Positions 1-12,800 of a stretch of DNA of 64,000 nt are shown piece by piece. The position numbers and the translations under genes were made by a program. The notes beneath the pieces are model-generated. The model saw only the letters and a program-made list of their open reading frames with translations. It was not told where the DNA came from and did not search any database. Within the stretch, counting starts at the first letter, position 1. Each line of letters begins with the position of its first letter. The stretch is from Octopus vulgaris. Lineage: Eukaryota. The stretch spans positions 119,970,001-120,034,000 of the forward strand of contig OX597816.1 of NCBI GenBank assembly GCA_951406725.2. The letters are read 5' to 3'.

Positions 1-222
1 ACGTTATTTATTTCACAAAGCAATTGGGAAAAAGGAAGGCTGACTTAGTTATGTTGGTGTATAAATGCTCAATTATCTATAATGTATCCTGTCTCCTGAT
101 TTTAAAGAAATCTAAGTGCTATTTATAAGCAAGATTGTGGAGAAGGAAAACAATTATTGGATTACTGGAATTGGAGCCAGTGAAAATGTACCAACTCTAA
201 TTAAATGTAAATTGTAATTTAA

Positions 223-438
223 CTCATTAGAATTAAAACCAGCCAAATCTAACCCAAATATTCTACCTATTTTATGCTTAGACTGACCAAATCCAGCCTT
301 TCATATCTATCCTACAATGTGATTCTAAAAATAAACACATCATTGAAATCTTGAAACTACAGTATAATGCATGGTCAGTTCAAAACAATATGAATATATA
401 AGCATTACCTCTAACAGAATAATCTGAATGTTAAAGGG
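223..438. mobile_element. piggyBac-like MITE (degraded; same family as 61389-61608)
   Basis: TTAA on the left and a ...aaaggg right end; internal sequence closely matches the copy at 61.4 kb. Confidence 0.55.
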
Positions 439-2612
439 TAATTTCCAGTTTCAGATACTAATTTTTTTTTCTTTCTTTTTCATTGAAAATAATTGGATCA
501 AGTTACCATATTTCTGTTGAAATACACTGCCTTTGCTTTAGTTAATTTTGAAGAGAGAAAGAATTTAGTAAAATAACTCTGTCATTGGGTGTTTGAAACA
601 AATTTTGATGGTAGGTTTTAATGCAGATCACCTTAAAACAAGAAGTTTGTATTATAGAATCTGGTGTGGTCTCAGATGGATTGGGATTAAAAGGGCTTCT
701 ATAAAAAAGCATCTGCTAGAAGCAATATTATTTTTTGATCAGGATTTTTTAAAATATAACACTTATTCTAAAGATACAATGTTTCTTTATAAATTTTGCA
801 GGGATAAACTTTTCAATCATTTACAATGTAATTTTTATTTCATTTCATGTCACAAATTTTATAATCAAACAATATTTTAATCTCAAAAAGTAAGGGTTAT
901 GCACTTTTTTTATAGTTTATTATTCTTATATCCTTTTGATAAAAGTTAATTTAAAAAAAAAATTTTAAGTTTTGTCTAATGCTTCATTATTTGTAACTTC
1001 CTTAATAAAAAATATATAAAAAGCCAAAATGGCAAAGTTACAGTCTTCAAACTCAAATTTTAACAGGTTAGGATTTTTAAATTAATGCAATGATTCACAA
1101 TAGCCATGGATGTTGTGCTTCTAGTCAATGTAGGAAATATATAATTAATCAAGTTACATATTACAAATAGGAGTTGGAATTGAAGGGTTTTGTGTACCAA
1201 CTCCACAGCCCTATAAGGAAGTGAGATGTTTGAAACCAAAAAAGTGTTTATTGAAATATTTGAACTTTTCTACTAAGTCCTATGTTATGGAGACCAGAAA
1301 ACTACAAAAAGAAATGAAAAGACTAAGTTTCATAGATGTGATAAAGAAACTGAATATTTTTGTCCTTGAAAGTGTTAAAGAAAAGACATATATGACTGTA
1401 TGCTTTATTAATAATTTTAGAAATAAGCTTACTAAATTTAAGATTGCTTTCTATAATAACTCTAAAGTTCCCTTGTGGTTTCATAAGGGTAACAAATGTA
1501 ACTGTAGAACAAACGGCATGGAAGAGAAATTTAGAACCAAAAAACAATAGCAACATATTTGTCAATGGAAAGCTTCAAAGCAGTTAATAGATCAAAGTTC
1601 AAATGAACTTAAGTCTCCTTTAAAGAAGGCTACATTTGAAATATTTTTCACAATTCATTTATATTTTAATATCATCAGCATAAATGCTTAAATTTACATT
1701 TTTTTTGACACATTTGTCAGCCTTATTTTCATAAATAAAATAGTTCAATCACATTGGCTACGAGTTACAGGCAATCATTTAGGAAATTATGTTGCTTACA
1801 TTGAAAGGTAATTTTGGAAAAAACCCAATACTTAAGTAGAAACATTAACTGTTGATTGGAACCTAACAAGACAGTGTAAATGGCATAATCAAATGCTTTT
1901 GAAAGATTTAGGGAGGCAACATGTGAAAATAGAATCAGGATTATTGATCTCTGAAACTGCAGTGGTGTAGTTTTCAATTATGTTTACAACAGAAGTATAT
2001 TCTTTTTGACTAATTTCAAGTTGGGAAGTGTTTTGATGCAAAATAACTTAAAATAAATGACAGCAAGCACATGATAGTAATATAAGGTAGTAATTTTTAA
2101 TATCCAAATGAGAATCCTGTTCATAAACAAAGGTATGACAATACAATTTTCCAGGTATCTTCCAGAGTCCAGAATTTTTCTAGCTTAAAGCCTTACTAAG
2201 TGCAGAACTGAAGAGCTTAACGAATATAGGTAAAATATCATGTAGACCAGAAACATATTTCACTTTTTAAATTTTTGATAGCATCAAATATATAAGAAAC
2301 ATCAGCATTATATGTTATTCTGAGAAGCAGTATTTTGTGATCAAATACTGTCAGAACACTATTGAAAATAGAAGCAAATTACTAGATTTTGTAGATGGTA
2401 CAGGTGTGGTTTATTTGAGTTTCTTATTTACATAACATTAAAAAAGAAAACTGTCAGAATCTTTAGATTTTAACACAGTAATTTACTTTTTGTTTTCAAA
2501 GCTATTTCCTTATCATTGAACTAAGTTTCATGCTATAAATTTTGCACTTTTGATTGTTAGAAGCAGACAGATTAATCTTAAACTGTTTCCAGAGATTATT
2601 TATGTGTAAAAT

Positions 2613-2826
2613 ATTGGTTTCAAATTTTGATACAAGCAATTTCAGGAGAGGGGGGGTAAGCTGATTACATCAACCATAGTGTCCAACTGATTCTTAATTT
2701 ATCAACCCTGAAATGATGAAAGGCAAAGTCGACCTTGGCAAAATTTGAACTCAGAACACAAAGACAGATGAAATGCCACTAAGCCTTTTACCTGGCATGA
2801 TAACAGTTCTGCCAGCTCATTGCCTT
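2613..2826 (-). mobile_element. tRNA-derived SINE with Nin-like core
   Basis: Reverse complement of the SINE family arrayed at 8.5-9.1 kb. Confidence 0.7.
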
Positions 2827-3197
2827 ATTTATGTATAAAATATTGACTTATAATTAACATTGCTGCTATTTTGAGAAGTTAAACTTTATGTCTTGAAATG
2901 TGTCTATCATTTAAGTGATGTAAGTATATCAAATTTCAAATTGATATAAGAACTGACAACTTTAGATGATAGTCAACTAAGATGTTATTGATCTTGTGAT
3001 TTTCATATTTTTATGAGACATAGCAGTGTGTCTATGAAGTCTGTTTCACAGTCATATGTAAGAGTATATATGTATATATAAAGGTAAAGTTTCCTTCTTG
3101 AGCGATACTAATTCATAAGGACCAGTTTCCACAACCTAACTATCATGAGTCCAACACCTTAACCACTAAGCCATGTGCCTCCACACACACACACATA

Positions 3198-4039
3198 CAG
3201 GGTGCAATGGGTAAATTGTCGCCATTTTATATTTTTAATTTCGTACATGCACATTGTTTGCTTTTGATTTTGTTGACTACATAGAATAGTAGGGTCAGTT
3301 GGGCACCATCTGTGAAATAAATAGCACCGTGATGCAATTCACTCTGCCAAAAATTTAGAAACTACATGCTGTACTGCTCGGTATTGGCACCGGAAGCTCC
3401 AATATGAACATTACAGAGTGTTTGGGTGTTAATCTGAGAACATGTACCGAGAGAAATAAAAATCAAACATCCACTCAACATCATGGCGTTTGAGTGATCA
3501 CTAGTGATGGCAACATTACGTTTCCATTTATCTTCCCACATAGAGGCCTACATCAAGTTCCCAGAGGAGGTAGTTCTGCCATGGGTAAAGAGGGTGGCTG
3601 CTGGAAGACCCTATGTAGGCAACAGAACTCTGCACCATGTAACACAAGCAGGAGAATGCAGTCATAGCTATCAGATAATTTCGACGACTACATCACCCCT
3701 AACCCTAACTCCCCAGCTGCAACCCCTTTGATTATTATTTGTGGGGCGCAGTTGAGCAAGAGACCAACAAAACTCCTTGTAACACAAAAGATGACCCGAA
3801 GGCAAGGATTATGGCAGCATTCACCAACTTAAACAAGGAGACCGTCTAGAAGAGTTGCAGGAGATTCCAAAGTTGTCTGGAGGCTGTGGTTGAAGCCAAT
3901 GGTGATTTTATTGAATAAATTTACTCTTTAGTATTTCAAGATATTTTTATGTAATTTTGGGAAATATATGTTAAAATGAGATGCCAGTGTTATTTTCATT
4001 TTTATGTAATTTAGACAACAGTTTATTCACTGAGCCCCG
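3198..4039 (+). mobile_element. Degenerate Tc1/mariner-superfamily element (maT/DD37D-like)
   Basis: TA|cagggtg...ccccg|TA with imperfect TIRs. The frameshifted transposase remnant reads EEVVLPW...QQNSAPC...PNSP.CNPFDYYLWGAVE...LEAVVEANGDFIE. Confidence 0.8.
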
Positions 4040-6189
4040 TATATTATATGTAAGGATCTTGTACTAAAGTCTTGAACCAATCCAATGTGAGTGAAATTAG
4101 GGTGATGGTAATTGTGGTGAAGTCTCTCAGATCAGTTATATTTGTTCTTCCTGGCTCAATTGAAAATCTAGTTTAATGTCACTACCTTACCCCTTGATGC
4201 CTTTAGTGAATTCCACTCTATGAGGAGCATTAAGGCCAGGCCTCTTGTAAGAAGTGTTGCTTTGATGCACTGAACCTAAAACACCAATCTATCAGTTGTG
4301 GTTTACTCCTCCAATCTCCCTCCTTTACCAGTCTCAGAGATCATGCAAAAATGTTATGGACACTGCCATTCCACCTCTAAGTCAAGAAAAAAGGAAAACG
4401 CATTCCTTCAAATTTACCAAAATTATTTCAGAGGTGAAAGGTGAGAGGAGTTTCGGATAATTCCCACATGTCGACTTTGTTTCCTCATAACTCCCATGAA
4501 AAACGTGTATTTTTCTTTGCTGCAAATTTCTACAAATACCTTTAAGATGGTGTAGAATATGATTATACAGCAATTTAATGTGAAAAAAAAAAAGAAGAAA
4601 TGTGGGTACGCATACATAGATACTGACACAAATCACACACACATAACGAAACTAGAAATTTTATTACCTCCATCTCGAAAGTGACCGACGAACTTTCGTA
4701 ATAGCTATCACTACCTTATGAAGAATGAAAAGGGTAAAGAACTGAGTGGTTGTTTTCACTGTGAAAGAATTCTGTGTACCAAAATTTTAATTTGTTTACA
4801 TTTTTAACCCCTCCCCCACATTCCGTGCCCCTTTCCCAATAAATGTTCAGTATTGCACCCGTCCCGTAAAAACAGTAAAATAATGCACAAAAAAAAAAAA
4901 AGTAACGACAAGAAGCATGTCTAGACATAGAATATTGACAACTGTGTTAGTAACCTAAGTGCCAGCAACGGAACATTTAAGAGTTTGCTCGATTTATTTG
5001 GAATTAGTGTCATTTCTTTCTTCTATGAAGATGATTCTTATACAAGATGTGTAAATATCAGTATTTGTAAATAAGTTCCCAAATAATCAGGACAGAAGCA
5101 TACATATGGAATAGTTTGTCGTCAGTTATATCAGAAGAGTTGTGATGGTGAGAATCATATAAGTTTGGATTAGTATGAATCATTTCTGAGACAAACAGAC
5201 AACCGATAATCTGATAGGCGGGAGTATAGTGTTATATACACACACACACCATAGTCTCTTTGTCATGTGTCAAGTTTCAAGTAAAATTGCGTAACGTATG
5301 AAAATCTTTTAGCAATTAAAGTCAACACTCGCCTGTCTACACACCAGGTATATTTCAAGGAAGAAATATTGTATTCATATACGTGTATGCAAATATTGAT
5401 TTAGAGAAATGTTATGTTTATGTTCATCCGTAACGACGTTTGTAAATCAGGCCCAGTAAATGAGTCAAAATCTGATCATATAATCTTCGTCGTGATTATT
5501 CATCAGTTGATAACTAATGTGGATGGAGGGCACCAACTAAATAGTTGAATTAAATAGTTATGATTGTATAGCCTCAAGTCAAACTTCGTCATCAAAGACA
5601 TTGCAGCCGTGAGCATCCCGTCTAAGACTACATTTTCGAATGTGTCATTTGCTTAGGCGATAAGAAGTGGTTAAGGGAGATTTGGCTGCTATTTCTACGA
5701 AGGCGATCCATCACGTAGATGCTCTCTTGATGGTTCGTAGTGTGACAGCTGAAGTGTTAGGTTACGGAGCACTGTCTATATTTTATATATGTATAGACAT
5801 TTTTTTTCTCTCAAAGAAGTAGGAATGGGCCCAGAAGCTGGATAAAATTGATATGTGCGTGTACATACATACATATATATATATATATATGCAATTTTTG
5901 TTTCCAATCGAAACAAAAAATACATGTAGTTTATATTCATTAAAAATAATCTAATTTCTTTTATATATATATAAGAAATGTAACCGACATCAAATTAAGA
6001 CAAGCGTATCTTTAAATAAAAAAACATGCCTTTGAAATAAAACAGAATTTGAGAAAGAGAAATAGAATGAAATCTAAGAACCATTATTCCCATAAATAGA
6101 ATGGTAATTGATTTCCAGGTTCTCCACAGAACTAATTGTTTACTAACAAATCTTCGAATTACAAAGAAAACAACGAAATAAAAATTTAC

Positions 6190-6344
6190 CAGAGATTTAA
6201 ACGTTCTACAGCAGTTAATGATTTCACATTGGAAGATTTCAAAACCATTTCTTCTGTTAAAACTCTCCCACCTATGAGTGGTTTTTCCCGAAGGAAAGTT
6301 GTATCAATAGGTGCAATACAACACGGGTACATGCTGCTTTCCAT
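6190..6344 (-). CDS. CFAP410: First coding exon of a CFAP410/C21orf2-like leucine-rich-repeat ciliary protein
   Basis: Translates MESSMYPCCIAPIDTTFLREKPLIGGRVLTEEMVLKSSNVKSLTAVERLNL(W), ending TG|gtaaat in phase 2. It aligns without gaps to the recalled CFAP410 N-terminus [24 protein letters not shown], including the intron within the Trp codon. Downstream exons were not identified. Confidence 0.6.
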
Positions 6345-6615
6345 TGTTTTCCACACTGTTACGGAATCACTCTGCCAATGCTCAAGTTAACACATAAACA
6401 TTTGCTCCGGTAATCCACTTAATGTAAAAATAGTCTTTGTAAAATAAACATAATACATAAACTAAACATTAGTTATTAATTATTCCTACAATTAAAAAAA
6501 TATTTTAATAAATCGTGATTATTTAGAAGAAAATAGTTAAAGTTTAAGAATTGTGAAATTTACGAAACATTTATTTACTTATTTAGTATTATTGTTGTTA
6601 TTCACTGCGGATCTC

Positions 6616-6634
6616 TAACGGCGGTTAATTTAAA
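6616..6634 (+). promoter_or_regulatory. MYB site (TAACGG) overlapping a CDE/CHR tandem (GGCGG-ttaa-TTTAAA)
   Basis: TAACGG 6616-6621, GGCGG 6620-6624, a 4-nt spacer, then TTTAAA 6629-6634. It lies about 150 bp upstream of the separase ATG. Confidence 0.6.
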
Positions 6635-6779
6635 CCTGCTTATATTTATCAAAGAAAATGAATTCACCATTCCGAAATATTTGTACATTATTTCTTCTAC
6701 ATTATAATTATCTTAAAATATATTAAAAACATACATTTGTTTTATACTTATAAAAAGTATCATACACACAAATCTGAAT

Positions 6780-6878
6780 ATGCACATCTTTAAAGATACC
6801 AAAATTCATGAGGAAGGGAAGGATATTATACAATCTCTAAAAAATCGAAAATGTAAAGAAGTCTATGCGCAACTTAAG
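6780..6878 (+). CDS. ESPL1: Separase coding exon 1 (MHIFKDTKIHEEGKDIIQSLKNRKCKEVYAQLK)
   Basis: ATG at 6780, 33 open codons, donor AAG|gtacgt, phase 0. The junction ...AQLK|DYL parallels the recalled human ...PALK|EFL. Confidence 0.75.
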
Positions 6879-9800
6879 GTACGTGATATTTAATTTCAGT
6901 ATTATATGACTTGTACGTTGTATTAGTGTAGTAGTGCAATGTATTGAAGAAAATACAGCACAAAATCTTTAAATAAAGCTTATTGCTATGATGCAACTTT
7001 GATCGCCAGTTATTATTTTAAAATGCTGAATTTAAATTTCACGAGATCAACTTTACCTTTCATTTATCGGAGATCGATAACATAATGTACCATTCTAATG
7101 CTGGGGTTGATATAAATCGACGATACCCTCCCCTAAATTTAAGGTCTTGTTCCTTTTGTAAGAAATCAATATTTTAAAATGCCTAATAAATATAAAACTA
7201 GGTTAATATCAGGGGCTGCAGAATAAAAATTTCTTACAAGTTTTGTTTTGATTTATATATTGTTTAACTCAGAAAATTTAATTTAAATAATAATAATAAT
7301 GTATTTTATTAACCACAAGTTACAAATTTTGGCACAAGACCAGCATTTTAGGGGAGTGGATAGTCGATTACTTCAATCCTAATGCTCGCCTGATACTTAT
7401 TTTATTGACTCCGCAATTGTAAAAGGCAGAGTGCCTCGATCTCTCGTACTTGGTAAGTGTGATCTTATGAAAGAATAATAGAAAGTTATTTGAATTTGTG
7501 AGAACGAAGCTATTGTAAACAATTACACAGTGTGGAATAAAGTGCAAACCTAATTGAACATGCATAAATATGTTACTATTTTGATTGTAAAATTAAACAA
7601 AATCAATTATTTTCACCTGTGATAGCATGAATAATGTATTAGTTTCACATGGATGGAAAAAACCCCCCTGGGTTCAATGTCTGAGATGCATAATTAGATC
7701 TTTTTCCGTTTGAGTTACAATTCGATTTAAAAAATATACATATATTTAGATTAATTAATTTGACTGTTTACAGTAATTTGGTGATTAAAATTTGAAAGTT
7801 GTTGATAGAATAACTATGGCATTTAGTATTAATAAAACAATGTTAAAAATAATACCATTTTTTTGCAATAATTCATTCCATACTTTGGAGAAGATTGATG
7901 TGTTTGGGAAAGGTATTTTGTAAAATGGACGCGAGTAACTTCTAAATATATTTTTATTCTAATATTGGGACTGCGATTGAGCTAGCATTAACGAACATTT
8001 TATTTAGAGATTTAGGAGATTTAATTTTATATTTGAAATATTTCAGGGAAAGATTTCTTCCGTCCCCCACCATTTTCTCGCAAATGATTGTTTTTTAAAT
8101 TTTTTTTTGTCAAAAAACCCACGTTTTCGGATACGGAGATTCCGGAAAATTGCCAAAAATCGTAATTTTGAAATTTTTTGCCCCACCCCCATTTCTTCAT
8201 TTTTCACTTTTTTCCGTAAACTTGACCATAAAACCCTAACCCTAAGTAGAAAAATTTTTGGAATTTTTTTCAGAATCATAATCTCTGTATTTTTCCGCAT
8301 ATTTTTGAAAAAAAAGAAAAATTCTGAAAAAATTTGATACCCATTTGTCCAAGGAAGAGTGAGATGTTTTATTCTCTGGGTTGTTTTCGAACAGTTGTTC
8401 CTCGATGTCCCACACCTCATGAATAAGGAAAATAGAATGGAAGTGGGGAAGGTAAAAATAAAAATAAAAACCGAAGTTTTTTTAAAAGAATATCTAAAAT
8501 ATGCCCTTTTCCTTTCCCATAAGGCACAGGGCTTTGAGAGATATTATTATTATTAGGTCGACTTTGCCTTTCATCCTTTCGGGGGTCTTTTGAGTACCAA
8601 TGAAACACTGGGGGTCGATGTAATCGATTAGTCCCCACCTCCAAATTTCAGTCCTGGTGACTTTAGTAGAAAAGCTTATTATTATTAAGGCAGCGAGCTG
8701 GCAGAATTGTTAGCACACTGGACAAAATGCTTAAAGGTATTTTGCTCGTCACTACGTTCTGAGTTCAAACTCTGTCGAGGTTGAGTTTGCCGTTCGTCTT
8801 TTCGAGGTCGATAAATTAAGTACCAGTAAAACACTGGGGTCACTGTGATCAACTAGTCTCCGCTCCACAAATTTCAGTCCTTGTGACTTTAGTAGAAAGG
8901 ATTATTATTATTATTAAGACAGCGAACTGGCAGAATCGTTAGCATGCTGGATGAAATGTTTAGCAGTATTTCACTTGTTGCTACATTCTGAGTTCAAATT
9001 CTGTCGAGGTTGACTTTGCCTTTTGTCCTTTCGGGGTCAATAAATTAAGTACCTGTGAAACACTGGGTTTGATGTAATCGACTAGTCTGTTCCCCCCAAA
9101 TTTCAGGCCTTGTGTCTTTAATTGAAAGCATTATTATTAAATTGGTTGAGAGCAAGGGACTGTACCCATGACCTTTGCAAGCCCTCCCAAGACCAGTATG
9201 ATTGACATGATTAATATTCCTTTTGGACAAGTTATGTTAGAGGTTGTTGGGACCAATTTCTGGGAAAGAAGGCATGAGTGTAGTAATTTGTGGGTCCTGG
9301 AGGTAGACTGTTTAAAATATGAGTGGTGGATCTACAAACTTCAAGTAGAAGAGAGTATTGTTGTAGTGATAAAAAGTTGGAGAGAGAGAGAGAGAGGATA
9401 GTATGTCTGTGAATCAGAAATTGGAATGTGTTGATGAGCGACTTCATCTCTTCAGTTAGGTAGTTAGTCTTCTTTGGATGTAGTTTAAGAAGTCTGTGTG
9501 TATAGCAACAGTACTGTCCCGGATGTGCTAGCAGTACTCTATTGTGGTTTCCCCCTGAACTTTAGAGACTTAGCTGGTGTGGGTAGAAATATTTTCTAGT
9601 TCTGAAAAGTAAGGCTAGTATTTGGGTTAAGGTCTTTGCTACATTGTGTTTATGCATTCACCTGGAGAGATACTCAGAGTTGGAAAGGCCTTAACATTTG
9701 TAGCAGCCTGGAGGGTTCTTATTTTTTTAAATTCACGCAGTGAAAAGCTCTATCAGTGGTGCCAGTAGTTTAGCCAAGTCAGTAAAATCTTTTCCTTTTA

Positions 9801-12800
9801 GTGTCTAAAACTGTTGTATTTCAGTCACTGTGTATATATCAATAAAACAATCTTGTACTCCACCACCTTTTGAACATAAATACCATGCAATTTGAACCCT
9901 CAGAATTTTAAATGTTAGCTTCTCCCCTGTGTCATATCAATGTTTACAATTGTTTTGTAGGACTACTTATTGCAGTCATCAGAGTCATCCAATGACACCA
10001 CCTTGAAATACTACGGCCATTTTGTTGTCTCTGTTCTTCGTACATCAGTGACCAGCATCAAAGAAGATGGACCTCAGCCTACCTTGTTGTCTATTGTGGA
10101 TCTCAGCTACAATTACTTCAAGAAGCTTCAGAAACATATCAAACTCACTGATCCTTGTTTCATCTCTAAAATATTCCATGTGGTTCTGGCATGTATTACA
10201 AAAGTGGTAAGTGGTTTTGTTATATACTTTATAATAGAGAAATAAAGTGTCTGTTTATATACATGTAAAGTGGAGAGGGATGAAGGTAGTATGTTCCATT
10301 GGATTTGCAACATCAGTGTGCATGATTGACAAAGCACAACTGTTGAGAGAAAAGTTAAGCATGAGAGGAATTAAATGTGGCATGCAAGAGAGGAGAATGT
10401 GTTGGTCTGGACATGTGATGCGTATGAATAAAGACAGCTGTATACAGAAGTGTCTGTCACTGAAAGTGGATGGTACCTGTGGAAAATAGAGACACAAGAA
10501 GACATGGGATGAAGTGGGGAGGACTAATCTTAAGATGTTAGGGCTTACAGAGGAAATGACAATGGACTGAGATGTTTGGTGATATGAGGTTCAAGAGAAG
10601 ACCTGCCCATGTCAGTGACACAGTGCTAGATGTGTTGTGGCCCACCCACAGGTAACAATAAACTTTTCACACACCCCACTCCGAGAAACTGAACTACATC
10701 TCCTCTAAACTGCATCTTTCTCTTCTTCACATTTCCGTTTCATAAACTATGATTGTCTCACTCCTCTTCCCTACCCTCACTGTCCTGCTCACTGTATCGC
10801 TGCTTTCCCTTGCTTTTCCTTCTGGCTGGGTAGCAATGTATCTCCTCTACAGCAGCACACCTATTTCTGCCCTTATTCTTGATCACTCTCTCTCTCTCTC
10901 TCTCTCATTCTCTTGCTTTTCCCTTTCACTAGGTAACCAAGTATCTCCTTTGCATCAGCACTACTGTTTCTGTCCTCTTTCTCTTCTCTCTCTCTTCCTC
11001 CCCTCTATCTCTCAATAACCATGTACCTCCTCTATAGCAAGACACCTGTTTCTGCCTCTCTATTTTTCTGTCACGCTCTAACCTTTCATCATCTGACATC
11101 AGATCACCTCCTCCAATGCTCCCTCCATTATAGCAAGGAACCTATTTCTATCTTTGTCACACTCTAACCTTTCATCATCTGACACAAGATCCCTTCCTCC
11201 AACGCCCCTGCTCCTCTCAAAATTCCTTGTTTTGTGAGTTACTTGGTGACCCTGCCAGTGTAAAAAGCAACCAGTCCACACTGTAAAGTTGTTGGCATTT
11301 GGAAGGGCATCCAACTGTAAAAATCATGCCAAAACTGACCTTGCCTGTACTAGCGCCACGTGAAAAGTACTGAGTCCATTCTGCAGAGTGGTTGGTGTTA
11401 GGAAGGGTATCCAGCCATAAAAACCCTGCCAAAACAGACACAGTAGCCTGGGGTAGTCTTCTACCCGACTGGCTCCTGTCAACTGTTCTACTCATGCATG
11501 CATGGAAGACAGAGGTTAAATGATGATGATATATAAATACTGTGACTTGAGCTGGAATTGTGCCAGTGGCATGGGAAGTAATTCAAACTTGTAAAAATGT
11601 TCAGCAGGAAATATTGTTGCTTGATAATATGGAATGTTATGATGGTACTGTATGTATTCCTTGGACTTGCTCTCAGCTGGAATCATGTTATCACATTCAT
11701 TATACCTGTGAGTGCTAACTTGAAAGATGAACTGATTGCCTGTGTTAAAAAGTAAATAATGAAATCATGTAATGGGGAGGCAGTTATTTGCCTTTTTATC
11801 TTATGTCTTATAAATTAACATTGCTCTCCTCATGACCTCTCAACCAGTTCAGGTTAAAAGAAGATTGGTTAGTTAACTCCTTGAAATATTTGACTGTTTT
11901 CATTTCTTTTGTTTGCTTTAGATATTCTGTATATCTCTGTCCCCCACCCATTTCATTTGAATGATGTAAAAAGTTGAGAGACATGCTTGCATCACTTTGG
12001 TTTATTTGATTTTTACAGTTTGACAATATTCTGGTATTTAGAATATGTGACATGATAGGACAGGGAAGTGGGTGGTTGGGGGGAGGGCTATTGTAAAACC
12101 ACTCAAGAAATCTCATACGAAAGAGGCCAGCTAAACTTGCAAGGTGTGGGCTGAAGCAGTTATTGTTACAGTTTGTGAATATTCAATAGAGACTATTATT
12201 GACAAGATCTACATTTGGAGCAACAAAAGGAAGTAAGCAGAAAATAATGGTGTAGATCAGATTGTAAGAAACCAAGTTTAGTTAGAGGTCCCAGGAATGT
12301 ATATGTACCTTCCAATATCATAACACTGTTATTAACAGTAAGTATGGGTGTAATAATTCTTTCTAATTTTGGCACAAGGCCAGTAATTTCACGGGGAAGG
12401 GATTTGTTGATACTATCAACCCCAGTACTTGACCGATACTTTATTTTATTGATTCTGAAGAATAAAAAGCAAAGTTGACCATGGCAGTATTTGAACACAG
12501 AACATAAAGAACCAGAACAAATGACCTTAAGCTTTTTGCCTGACACACCAATGATTCTGCTAGCTTCCTCCTTTAGGTATAAATACAATAATCAAAACAT
12601 AATAAGAAATGCAAACTCATTGGTAACGTTGTTTTTTCAAGAATAAACCTCCTGGGCATTTAATCCACCTCTTGAAAGGCAAATTCCTACTATTCTTCTC
12701 TGAGACACAATTCTCTCATATATTTCTAAACCATTTCAGATATCCTGGCTACTCTGAATTCCAACTTCTTTCTGTCATTCTCCTTACTACCATATTTCTT

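Noticed and set aside
1150-1235. Minus-strand acceptor-like site (ctcacttccttatag|GGCTGTGGA) as a possible next exon of the CFAP410-like gene
   Set aside because: The GCG reading needs phase 0, but exon 1 ends in phase 2. The tested frames soon stop and no LRR similarity follows.
593-1977. ORFs of 70-110 aa at the window start
   Set aside because: AT-rich chance ORFs with no recognisable domain or consistent splice pattern.
4655-4720. Minus-strand ATG GAG|gtaata mini-exon in a CpG-containing patch
   Set aside because: Only two codons, with no homology or linkable downstream exon; it cannot be supported without RNA data.
8230-8246. Telomere-like CCCTAA repeats (also near 3697-3710)
   Set aside because: Only about two units, embedded in transposon-derived sequence.
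8688-8775. tRNA-like A/B boxes
   Set aside because: SINE head with no cloverleaf; not a tRNA gene.
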